DNA of 64,000 nucleotides from positions 62,001-126,000 of the forward strand of contig JAXLNO010005687.1 in assembly GCA_038087875.1 (NCBI GenBank). Reading direction: 5' to 3'. Below, piece by piece: positions 12,561 through 23,573 of the stretch. Source of the stretch: Malacoraja senta (taxonomy: Eukaryota). Position numbers and translations under genes: made by a program. The notes beneath the pieces were generated by a model that was not told the DNA's origin, did not search any database, and saw only the letters and a program-made list of their open reading frames with translations. How positions within the stretch are numbered: position 1 is the first letter of the stretch; the number at the start of each line of letters is the position of its first letter.

Positions 12561-14106
12561 AAAATCATGCTTCAAACACGATGAAGATGTGTTTTCAATT
12601 TAAATTTGGGAATTTGCCTGCAGAAAGATGGTGCAATGACACCTCTTTCATTTCACATGTTGACATTTGCATCTGCATCCAAGATCAAAAAGTCGAATAT
12701 TCCCCCTTTTTGACTGTCTTAACACCTGTCACAGGCTTGGTCTGATGCCCTTGAATGTTCGACCAATAGTGGTGTAAGCAGAGCATTTTTGAAAATGGAT
12801 TTGAAGTGCCTCCAGGACACCAATTGCTGGAACATGGATAGCTGACGTTTCAAGTCGTGACCCTTCTAACCTCTCCACAATACATGGCCTTGCTGTTCTC
12901 AATGCTATTTCCGTATGGTGTTTAACACAGAAAAAATCTGCCATTAACTGAGGGAGGAGAGAGAATAGTAATGAGTAGGCGGTACAAATGAATTTCAAAA
13001 GACTGCTGGCTTTGGCAATATAGATATTAATATTTTACACAAGTTGTCGGTTTAACATTAACATGTATCAAAATTGATCACCTTTAGAGGCACTTCTTGT
13101 TTTTGACGGAAAGCCCACTGTTGTCTTTAGTTCCAGACAAGGATAGATTATCCTGTGGTCCTGAAATCATTGTTAAGATGATGTGCTCAGCTGCTTATGA
13201 TGTACTGTGATGCTTCATAGGAAACAGAGCAATCATCAAATGGATTAAAGCTTACCTCGGTAGCTGATTTTTTTTTTGCACTAGCATTATAGTTATTAAG
13301 TCATTGATTTTTTAAAAATCATTTACAGGCCGTTAAACTGCTGCAAGTAAAAAATCATCATTCTCTTGTTGGTACATATAACAATTAAACAATTGTGAAT
13401 TGATTCTGCTGGCAATGCACTAAGTCTCTTCATACTCGTGTTTAGACTTTAGCATGGGAACAGGCCTTTCGGCCTACCGAGTCCGTGCCGGGCAGCCCTC
13501 ACCCCATACATTAGCACTATCCTACACATTAGGGACCATTTACAATTTACAGAAGCCAATTAACCTACAAACCTCTACATCTTTGGAGTGTGGGAGGAAA
13601 CTGGGGCACTCGGAGAAAACCAATGGAGTCACACGATGCACAAGCCGGTATAGAAACATAGAAAATAGGTGCAGGAGTAGGCCATCCGGCCCTTTGAGCC
13701 AGCACTACCATTCAATGTGATCATGGCTGATCATCCACAATCAGTACCCCGTTCCTGCCTTCTCCCCATATCTCTTGATTCCGCTAGCCCTAAGAGCTCT
13801 ATCTAACTTTCTTTTGAATGCATCCAGTGAATCGGCCTCCACTGCCTTCTGAGGCAGAGAATTCCACGAATTCACAACTCTCTGCGTGAAAAGGTTTTTC
13901 CTCATCTCAGTTCTAAATGGCCTAACCCTTATTCTTAAACTGTTACAGAAGGATGTAAAAGTAATTTTGTTTTAACATTGGTGGTTTTTGTTTAGTTTAG
14001 AGATACATCATGGATCAGGTCCTTTGGCCCCCGAATCTGTGCCGATTGCCCAACGATCGCCCATTAACACTAGTTCTAAGTTAACCCACTTTCTCATCCA
14101 CTTCCT

Positions 14107-14400
14107 GCGGCACGGTGGCGCAGTGGTAGAGTTGCTTCCTTACAGTGCTTGAAGCGCAGGACACCCGGTTTCGATCCCGACTAAGGGTGCTGTCTGTACG
14201 GAGTTTGTATGTTCTCGCCGTGATCGCATGGGTTTTCTCCGAGATCTTTGATTCCCCCCCACACTCCAAAGACGTACAGGTTTGTAGCTAAATTGGCTTG
14301 GTATAAGGGTAAATTGTCCACAGTGTGTGTGGGGCAGTGTTAATGTGCGTGGATCGCTGGTTGGTGTGGACTTAGTATCTCTCAACTAAACTAAACTAAA
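14107..14400 (+). mobile_element. HE1-type V-SINE, near full length
   Basis: A box GTGGCGCAGTGG (~14115), B box GGTTTCGATCCC (~14167), V core and (CTAAA)n tail. Confidence 0.85.
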
Positions 14401-15941
14401 AAATTTGGGGAAATTCTCAACTGAGGAAACTGGTGGAAACAGGTAGATCGTGCAAACTCCACACAGACAGAGCCCAAGGTCAGGATCGAACCCGGGTCTC
14501 TGGCACTGTGAGGAAACATCTCTAGCAACTCTGCCACTGTGTTGTCCTTTGCAACTGTTTCTCGGTGATATCTCACAAAATCTATGTCTCATGCCTCTTA
14601 CATTATTTATAACTGTGAGGCGTTTTAAATCTTTTATGATGAATACCAAAACAAAATCCTCCCAGTTTTACAATATTTGCCTGGCCTTGTTTGCAGGTTG
14701 CTAACAGTGAGGTGCCAACGTGCAGAGATATTTTCCTTTTGTGTTGAATATTCAATAAAGCTTTGAAAGTTGAAGGGTTTCTCAATGGAGAAAATACTGA
14801 AGATGAGAATTCCCATCCTTCAACTGTGAAGTAGTTTACTGCAGAACGTGGACTGATGCAGACAATTACAATTTGAGGACTTTAACATCATCCTCACGGT
14901 GCTGTATTTCTTCAAGTCTCATTTCCTTTCTTCTGCATTCCCATCCCTACTCTTCTTTGTCTGAAGTGCAGTTTCTTTTGCCATGTGCATAGACAACCCT
15001 AAATACAGGAGATTAAGCTATATATTTGCTTTTCTGATTGCTGGTTTAGAGAACGAGCATTGATCCCGCTCTTTTTTAATTGTGGCTTCAGGCCTAAGCA
15101 TTCACCTGCCAACTAACTGTAAAATGCAGAGGGCAAGGTCAAACACTGTGCGTTACTGACTAATACCTTTGACTCCATCAATAAGACGGCACAGTGACAC
15201 AGCTGGTAGGCATTTGCACATTCTCCCTGTGACCCAGTGGATACCCTCCGGGTGCTCAGGTTTCCTCCCACATCCCAAAGATGTGCGGGTTTGCAGGTTA
15301 AATTGTCTCTATAAATGACCCCATGTGTGTAGGGAGTGGATGTGAAACTGGGATAACATAGAACTAATGTGAACAGGTGTTTGACGTTCGGCATGGACTC
15401 GGTGGCTGACACATGTCGTGTGCTATCCAGTCAGCGGAAAGACAAGACATGATTATAATCGAGCCATCTACAGGGGCCTGTTTTCAAGCTGTATAAAAAA
15501 ATGCGTGAAGCGTTCTCCTCAAGTATGACTACCCTCGCAACTTGTTTTCATTTTGTATTTGGCACCTAATGTCTTGCAGGCTGTGATCCCAATTAACAGG
15601 TTAGAATTAGATGCAATTCAAGAGTATGTCATCACTTCTACGCTTTTCACAATATTCTCACCACTAGGTTGCACCTCAATTCCAACAAGTTTCCACTCGA
15701 GTGGAACTGAGTACCGGACAAATGGCAATCTACTCAAGAGCCAAGATGGGCCAACCTCTGTATTCAGGCTACCGAATGCACTTGACATTTACATAAGTGT
15801 ACGTTTAAAGGCTGAGTTCCATGTCATCATCGACTTGTTTTGAATGTAAATGAAGGAATGGACCATGCTGAGCATCTGCAAAACCGAGGTCCTTCATTAT
15901 CCTGGCTACATTGTACAATGCCACCCTCCATCAGAGGAGGA

Positions 15942-16907
15942 GCCGCCATCTTGGAGGAACGGCTGCTAAACAGCAGCCGTCCGTCAAATTCACTTTTTCT
16001 TTAGTTTTAGCTTTTTTTATTTCTTTGTTTGTTTGGGGAATGTTGACTTTTAATGTGGGGGGGGGGGGTAAGGGGGAAACTATTTCTGGGTCCCTACCTG
16101 GTCGGTGAGGCAGCTTTTTCTCCAGGCTGCCTCGTCGACCCGTCCTCGTGGCCTACCAGTGGGCATGGAGCGCCGTTTCCTGGCGGGGACCGCCCAGCAC
16201 CTTCAGCTTCGGTCGGCGGCACAGCGCTGGAGCACTATCGTGGAGCGGAGCGGGCGATGCCTTGCCTGGGTCGCCGCGCTGGGTCGACGCGCTGGAGCCG
16301 CCTGGTGACCGCCGACATCAACACCTCCAGGCTGCGGGTCTGCGGAGCGACCAGCCGCGGGCGGCGGCGCCGACTTTTACATCGGGAGCCTCGTGGCTCC
16401 AAATCGGCGCGGCCCTGTCGGCTTCAGGTGCCATGGACTCCGCTGGGAAACCGGCCGTTCCAGCCGTTGCGAGGACTCTCCCGATGGCCGGGAACATCGG
16501 GCCTCCGTAGAGGCAACTGTGGCGGCCTCGATGGGCCTGACTCTGGGGAGAACTGGGTTGGGGACTGGACATTGTGCCTTCCCCCACAGTGGTGGTCATT
16601 GTGGGGGGATGATTTTTGTGTGCTGTGCCTGTTAGTCTGTGTGCAAGATGGCGGTCGGAGGGGAGAGTGGACGCTGGCGCGAATTGGCTGCCGCTGCTCT
16701 CTCCTCAAATTGTGTTTCTTATTTTCTTTTTGTGCTTTTGTACTTGAATTCTGTCCTTGATTTGTGTACTGTGGTGTTTTTATATTTAATTTACTCCGAT
16801 TATGTGTTTTGTATTTTTGTGATTATATGCCTTGTAAGGTGTCCTTTGGTTTTAGAAAGGCGCCAGTAAATAAAATGGATTATTATTATTATTATTATTA
16901 TTATTAT
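15942..16907 (+). mobile_element. GC-rich non-autonomous retroelement with an L2-type 3' tail
   Basis: Begins at GCCGCCATCTTG and has a CpG-rich body. Ends gtaaggtgtcctttggtttt-agaaaggcgcc...aaataaaatgg(att)n, an L2-like tail. No tRNA head and no RT coding. Confidence 0.55.
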
Positions 16908-17329
16908 CAAAGAAAGTCTGCTCCTTGACCCGAGAGAACATGGAGTAAGGCCCATGTTTTGGGAGCCAATTCTGAAGGGAGCTGATACTTTCAATGTACA
17001 AGTGCAACGGTTGGCACTCTGAGGAAAAGGGAGCTTGATGAACAAGACAAGTTCAGAAGTCATGAGCTAACTGGAACACTCATGACATGATAGCTATGCA
17101 TTCATCTCCCAGCTAACTTCAAAATGTAGTTTCCGCAAAGGATTGTCTCCACTGAATCTTCCATCTCTCTCCATATACCCATCCAATCTATTTTTAAATG
17201 ATAAAATCGTTTAAGGGTTCCTGCTTAACTCTCCTGAATCTTAAAACACAAGAGGGGAGCCCAGAAAAGAGTTCCCTGTGTCAGTTGGTACTGAGATTAA
17301 CTACCCCTATTCAGTTAAACCCTATCCAG

Positions 17330-18147
17330 TTAAATCCTGACCAGCCTCAGATCAATACTTATCCCCAATCACCAGTTAGAGTGAACCAAATTATCAAACA
17401 ATGTAAAGAAACATATTTGGAACATTGGGATAAAGAAACCAAAAGCCAAAGCAGATTAGAATGTTACCGTGCCCTAAAAAGAGACTATAAATTGGCAGAC
17501 TATCTCTCAACTGTTAGAGACATAAAGCAGAGACAGACCCTCACCAAATACAGGCTAAGTGACCACTATTTGGCAGTTGAAAAAGGAAGACAGAAGAGAT
17601 TCTGGCAACCAAGAGAAAACAGAATATGTGGCCACTGTTTGACAGATGAGGTTGAAATGGAGGTGCACTTCCTCCTAAAATGCAAAAAAATTGATAAAAC
17701 AAGGAAAACATACTTTGACAAACTCAGTCTGGCAACCACTGATTTCAAAGAACTAGTTGATACATCAAAACTAAGAATAATCCTTGGTGAAGGAAGTACG
17801 GCACATCTTGGTGCACAATACGTAACAGCATGCCATAACCTGAGAGACGGTGAATGACCAATATGCACATATGTCGCACACATTAATTGACTAACTGACA
17901 CTAAGAAATTAATATTGAATTGCTAAACTTGCTATCCTGTTGTACTGCTTACAGCAGCAAGAATGTGTAGCAATCAATAAAGGGCTATAGGCCTATTGCG
18001 AGTTTATGTACAGGGACATATCTATCCATGCACTATACTTGTATTTATACTTATGCATTTGAAATATGTATGTCATGTTTTATACTTTGGCAATATAACA
18101 ATGTATTTTTTTTTATCATGCCAATAAAGTTTTTTAATTGAAATTGA
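17330..18147 (+). mobile_element. RTE-X-like LINE 3' fragment
   Basis: ORF 17198-17857 has YRLSDHYLAVEKGR and a C-terminal CCHC knuckle (CGHC-x8-HFLLKC). The 3' end is atgccaataaag...aattgaaattga, abutting the gap and GA repeat. Confidence 0.7.
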
Positions 18148-18354
18148 NNNNNNNNNNNNNNNNNNNNNNNNNNNNNNNNNNNNNNNNNNNNNNNNNNNNN
18201 NNNNNNNNNNNNNNNNNNNNNNNNNNNNNNNNNNNNNNNNNNNNNNNNNNNNNNNNNNNNNNNNNNNNNNNNNNNNNNNNNNNNNNNNNNNNNNNNNNNN
18301 NNNNNNNNNNNNNNNNNNNNNNNNNNNNNNNNNNNNNNNNNNNNNNNNNNNNNN
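18148..18354. other. Assembly gap (207 N)
   Basis: Run of N characters. Confidence 1.
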
Positions 18355-18357
18355 GCG

Positions 18358-18390
18358 ACAGAGAGACAGTGAGAGAGAGAGAGAGACAGA

Positions 18391-18423
<33 letters not shown>

Positions 18424-18533
18424 TGAGATAGAGAGAGGGAGAAAGACAGTTACAGAGAGAGAGAGAGAGACCAGAGGGACAGAGAGAGGGAGAGACAGAC
18501 AAAGAGAAAGAGAGAGAGACAGACAGAGAGAGA
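18358..18533. repeat. Imperfect (GA)n microsatellite
   Basis: gagagagaca-type purine tract adjoining the gap. Confidence 0.95.
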
Positions 18534-18611
18534 GTGCTGGAGTAACTCAGCGGGTCAGGCAGCATCTGTGGAGAGAAGGAATGGTGACATTTTCGGTCGA
18601 GACCCTTCTTT

Positions 18612-18924
18612 GGTTTAGTTTAGTTTAGAGATGCAGCGCGGAAACAGGTCTTTCGGCCCACGGACTCTGCGCCGACCAGCGATCACCCCGTACACTAGCA
18701 CTATCCTACGCACATTAGGGACAATTTAACAATTTTGCGGAGGCCGATTAATCTACAACCATGAACGTCTTTGAAATGTTGGAGGAAACTGAAGCACCCG
18801 GAGTAAAAACCCACGCAGGTCAAGGGGAGAACGTACAAACTCCGCACAGACGGCACCCGTAGTCAGGATCGAGCCTGTCCTCTGGCAGTGAGGCAGCAAC
18901 TGTACCGCTGCGCCACTGTGCCGC
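18612..18924 (-). mobile_element. HE1-type V-SINE
   Basis: Reverse-complement head (gcggcacagtggcgcagcggtacag), core and (CTAAA)n tail. Confidence 0.85.
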
Positions 18925-19095
18925 GCAGAATTATATAACGGTTTCCTCCGCCATAAATGCACCCAATATGTCCTAGTAATGTCCTGTTTGCCAGCTTGTT
19001 GACCCTCTGTGTTCCCCTCCTGCAGGGTTTAGGAGCCGTTGCTGTGGACGGAGAGACGGGGACGTGAGCGGCCATTTAGGGCGGCCAGGGTGCAG

Positions 19096-20514
19096 ATGAG
19101 CCCCTCCCCCCCACCCCCCATCTGCTCGGTGTGCGGGCTGAGCTTCGAGGGGCTGCGCTTTGATGGAGGACCACATGAGGGGGCACAACAAGGAGAAGCG
19201 TTATGAGTGCGACGTGTGTGGCAAGGCCTGGCAGTACCCGAGCCGGCTGGAGATCCACCGGCGGGTTCACACGGGAGAACGCCCCTTCGACTGCTCCGAC
19301 TGCGGCAAGAGCTTCAAGTCGCCGCCGGAACTGAAGATGCACAGGCGCCTGCACACCGGGGAACGACCCTACACCTGCAGCGACTGCGGCAAGGTCTTCA
19401 CCCGCTCCAGCAACCTGCTGTCCCACCAGCGCACCTACACTGGCGAGCGCCCCTACACCTGCAGCGACTGCGGCAAGGGCTTCACCCGCTCCAGCAACCT
19501 GCTGTCCCACCAGCGCTCCCACACAGGCGAGCGCCCCTACACCTGCACCCAGTGCGGCAAAGGCTTCACCCACTCCAGCATCCTGCTGGTGCACCAGCGC
19601 ACCCACACCGGCGAGCGTCCCTACACCTGCGCCCAGTGTGGCAAGGGCTTCACTCACTCCAGAAGCCTGCAGGTGCACCAGCGCACCCACACCGGCGAGC
19701 GCCCCCTACACCTGTACCCAGTGCGGCAAGGGCTTCATCCAGTCTGGCAACCTGCTGTCCCACCAGCGCACCCACACCGGCGAGCGCCCCTACACCTGTA
19801 CCCAGTGCGGCAAGGGCTTCACCCGCTCCTGCACCCTGCTGTCCCACCAGTGCACCCACACCGGCGAGCGCCCCTACACCTGCGCCCAGTGCGGCAAGGG
19901 CTTCACCCAGTCCGGTCACCTGCTGTTCCATCAGCGCACCCACACTGGTGAGCGCCCCTACACCTGCACCCAGTGCGGCAAGGGCTTCACCCGCTCCACC
20001 TATCATCTGTCCCACCAGCGGGTGCACGCCGGCGACGGTCCCATCCCCAGCCCGGTGTATGGAGAGCGCTTTGCCATGGCCTCCCACCCCCTGTCTTACC
20101 AGCGCGTGCACAAAAGTGGCCAGCCCTACGACTGCCCGTACTGCGGTGAGGAGTTTGACAGCTCGCGGGGGTTGCGGCAGCACCAGCGGACCCACGCCGG
20201 CGAGCAGCTGCTCCCACTGTAACAAGAGAGCACGGGGGCTGCGGGAGCACCAGCGGATACACACCGGCGAGACACCCTATGTGTGCGCTGAGTGTGGCAA
20301 GGGTTTCACCAGCATGTCCAGCCTGTGGCAGCACCGGCGTACCCACAGCGGTGAGCGTCCCTTCCCCTGCCCGTCCTGTGGAAAGGGCTTCACCCGACTT
20401 GACCACCTGCTGGAGCAACGGCGAGTCCACACCGGTCAGCACCCCTTCACCTACCCGCTCTGTGGCAATGCCTTTGCCCACTCCTCCAGCCTGCTTGCAC
20501 ACCGTTACTTTTAA
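19096..20514 (+). pseudogene. Multi-finger C2H2 zinc-finger gene with three frameshifts (pseudogene or consensus errors)
   Basis: Strong acceptor (ttcccctcctgcag, AG 19024-25) and ATG at 19096. There are 17 finger units with TGERP linkers spread across three frames. Shifts occur at ~19159 (extra T), 19702-06 (extra C) and ~20208 (deletion). At least five fingers lack a Cys/His ligand or are truncated. AATAAA at 20567. Confidence 0.85.
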
Positions 20515-21357
20515 ATTTGCTGAAAAACAGAAAGCAGTCAAATTTAAAAGAGAATTTTCCCAGTAGAATAAAGTTATGGAAATCTTAGAAGCTTGGTTTC
20601 TACTAATCATTGAAACAATGTATTGACAATGTATTAACATAGAGATGTATTGTCTGGGCACAGCACCATATTAGATATGTGTCTGAACTGCCTGTCCCAG
20701 CTAAGGACAAGGTAGTGGCTTTCATCCAAGTCTTACAAGCTTGTTTTAGTTCACAGACGGATGCCCATTCTGGAACCAAGATGGAAGTCATTTGAAAACA
20801 AAATGGAGTTAGTTGTCCTTCCGGAATGGGCAGCTGTACTGAAGCTGTGCCTAGATTTGAGAATAAGGCTGACATTGCAAATATATGGGTCCAGCCTCCC
20901 TTGTTTCCCTTAGGCTACGGATCTTTCACTCAGATTTAGGTGTGTTTTTTTGATAAGAAAATGTATAATTAACTTTCCTTTGTTCTTTGAGTGGAGCCCA
21001 AGAAGCACTGAGCAACATGTGTGCTCTTTATAGATCTCGCAACTCCCCCCTGGCAAATTTATTAAAATATTGCTTTGGTTTACCCTTAACAATTTTGTTG
21101 CTGTCTGCTTTCTTTAAGAGACGAACTTTGACAACTGTGCTCTTTGGAATTCTTCAGAATTAATGTTGCACTATCAATAATGAAAGAAAATGCCAACCAT
21201 CTCCAGAAATGACAAGAAATTATTCTCGCCTCCATGCATATTTGTCGCCATAGGGCAGTCGGACACCTCCCCACTACTTCAAAGATAGTTCCTGCACTTG
21301 GCAATATCGTTTGGTGTTTGGCGGCAGCAGGGCGACAGGCAGCCCGGCACCCTGGTA

Positions 21358-22230
21358 AATCACCCCATTGTGGGGGTCCGGGGGGTGGGGGGGGGTGAAG
21401 CACCCCATTGTGGGTGTCCGGGGGGTGTGGGGGTGAATCACCCCATGTGGGGGTCCGGTGGGGGGAGTGAATCACCCCATTATGGGGGTCTGGGGGGTGG
21501 GGGGGGTGAATCACCCCATGTGGGGGTCCGGGAAGGGTGAATCACCACGGTGTGTGGGTCGGGTCGGGGGTGAATCACTCCAGTGTGTGGGTCGGGGGGG
21601 GTGAATCAGCACTGTGTGAGGTTCGGGGGGAGGGTGAATCGCCATGGTGTGGGGTTCGGGGGGGGTGAATCACTCCAGTGTGTGGGTCGGGGGGGGGTGA
21701 ATCACCACTGTGTGAGGACCGGGGGGGGGGGTGAATCACCATGGTGTGTGGGTCGGGTCGGGGGTGAATCACTCCAGTGTGTGGGTCGGGGGAGGGGTGA
21801 ATAAGCACTGTCTAAGGTTCGGGGGGGTGTGAATCCCCATGGTGTCGGGGTCGGGGGGGGTGAATCACTCCAGTGTGTGGGTCGGGGAGGGGGATGAATC
21901 ACTCCAGTGTGTGGGTCGGTGGGGGGGGGTTGAATCACTCCAATGTGTGGGTCGGGGGGGGGTTGAATCACTCCATTGTGTGGGTCGGGGGGGGTGGTGA
22001 ATCACCGCTGTGTGAGGTTGGGGGGTGAATTACCCCATTATGGGGGTCCGGGGGGTGAATCACCCCATGTGGGGGTCCGGGAAGGGTGAATCACCACGGT
22101 GTGTGGGTCGGGTCGGGGGTGAATCACTCCAGTGTGTGGGTCGGGGGGGGGTGAATCACCCCATATGGGGCTGGGGGGGGTGAATCACCCCGGTGCGTGG
22201 GTCGGGGGGGGGGGGGTGAATCACCCTGGT
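21358..22230. repeat. G-rich minisatellite, ~27 units of ~31-39 bp
   Basis: Recurrent G(n)TGAATCAC-x-GTGTGGGTC units with variable G-tract length. Confidence 0.95.
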
Positions 22231-22429
22231 AGGGAGGTCGTGGTGCCGGTGCAGCATGGTCAGTGACGCTGGGTGGGTGCAGGGACCAGTCTGTCCCCAA
22301 CTCTGCTGCAGCTGACGGGGATGTTGCCGGGTTTATGGCCCCGTGTGTCCGCTGCCCGAAGCCGCGGCCCCGCTCCGTGTGTGTGTGTGTATGTGCGCTG
22401 CCGGCCCACAGCCCGTGACAGTGCGGTGG

Positions 22430-22790
22430 GAGCCAGGCCAGCTTGGGGGAGTAAGGTGGATGGGAGAGGTAGCCAGCTTGGGGGAGCAAGGGGAATGGGA
22501 GCCAGGCCAGCTTGGGGGAGTAAGGGGGATGGGAAGTTGCCAGGTTCGGGGAGTAAGGGGAATGGGAGGTAGCCAGCTAGGGGGAGTAAGGTGAATGGGA
22601 GGTAGCCAGCTTGGGGGAATAATGGGAATGGGAGGTAGCCAGCTTGGGCGAGTAAGGGGATGGGAGGTAGCCAACTTGGGGGAGTAAGGGGGATGGATGG
22701 GAGGTAGTCAGCTTGGGGTAGTAAGGGGATGGGAGGTAGCCAGCTTGGGGGAGTAAGGGGATGGGAGGTAGCCAGCTTGGGGGAGTAAGG
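22430..22790. repeat. Purine-rich minisatellite, ~31-33 bp units
   Basis: Repeats of gggagtaagggg-atgggaggtagccagcttgg. Confidence 0.95.
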
Positions 22791-22794
22791 GACA

Positions 22795-23170
22795 GGCGGA
22801 ACTAACAGCCCCGCGACAACATTGCTGCCACGAGGAGAAGCACTAACACTCACCGCCTCCCTGACCGATCTCGGTCCTGGACCACCAAGGATGCCGCTGT
22901 CGTCGACCTCCCCGCGCGGCCTCACCCGTGGCCGTTGCCGCCGACCTTCACCGACTCATCGACACCGCCGCCCCTCGCTGCCTGCCCGTTCATCCGCTGA
23001 CCGACACTTCGCCCGCGTGCCATTCCACTCCCCGTGGGCCTCGACCAGCCCTGGCCACTCCACCGCCCACCAGTGGGCTGCAGCCGTCACCTTACCAGAG
23101 TCTTACCGGGCCTGGAGTCTCCACGCTGCAGACTCTCACACCACGTGGTCTGACCATGCTGGGACCTAAT
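22795..23170. promoter_or_regulatory. CpG-rich segment, possible promoter or first exon
   Basis: High CpG density and a minus-strand consensus donor (GCG|GTGAGT at ~22848-54). No recognisable protein. Could also be repeat-derived. Confidence 0.3.
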
Positions 23171-23573
23171 CCACGCGCTCCTCCCACAGGGAAGCTCAAT
23201 AGACAATCGGTGCAGGAGCAGAGGCCATTCGGACCTTCGATCTAGCACCGCCATTCAATGAGATCATGGCTGATCATCCACAACCAGTACCCCGTTCCTG
23301 CCTTCTCCCCATATCCCCTGAGTCCACTATCTTTAAGAGCTCTATCTAGGTCTCTCTCGTAGAAACAGAAACATAGAAAATAGGTGCAGGAGTAGGCCAT
23401 TCGGCCCTTCGAGCCTGCACCGCCATTCAATATGATCATGGCTGATCATCCAACTCAGTATCCTGTACCTGCCTTCTCTCCATACCCCCTGATCCCTTTA
23501 GCCACAAGGGCCACATCTAACTCCCTCTTAAATATAGCCAATGAACTGGCCTCAACTACCTTCTGTGGCAGAG

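Noticed and set aside
12721-12774. Minus-strand HHYWSN-x9-TGV, resembling the ST3GAL1/2 C-terminal sialylmotif region
   Set aside because: Flanks lack the GFG and VS-motif residues, the frame has stops and no other exons were found. It is probably chance; a TBLASTN would settle it.
14107-14180. tRNA-like A/B boxes here and at many other sites
   Set aside because: They are SINE heads continuing into V-SINE or CORE bodies, with no complete cloverleaf.
15773-15830. SWIM-finger-like C-x-(C)...PCHH trace
   Set aside because: It requires reading through two stops, and no supporting transposase or gene context was seen.
16053-16760. 235-aa and overlapping ORFs in the GC-rich block (similarly 37702-38276, 51582-52040, 62276-62724)
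   Set aside because: Open in several frames on both strands because of high GC, with no recognisable motifs, and the blocks look like interspersed repeats.
18134-18565. ORFs spanning the N run and GA repeat
   Set aside because: Artefacts of the gap and microsatellite.
19076-20661. Long minus-strand ORFs (204, 204 and 224 aa) over the ZNF locus
   Set aside because: Antisense shadows of GC-rich repetitive finger codons, with no domain signature.
21358-22230. Palindromic repeats with variable intervening sequence, superficially CRISPR-like
   Set aside because: The intervening parts are variants of one another rather than unique spacers. There are no cas genes and the context is vertebrate, so this is a minisatellite.
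21086-22925. Pro/Gly-rich ORFs up to 221 aa
   Set aside because: Translations of minisatellite units that lack stops by composition.
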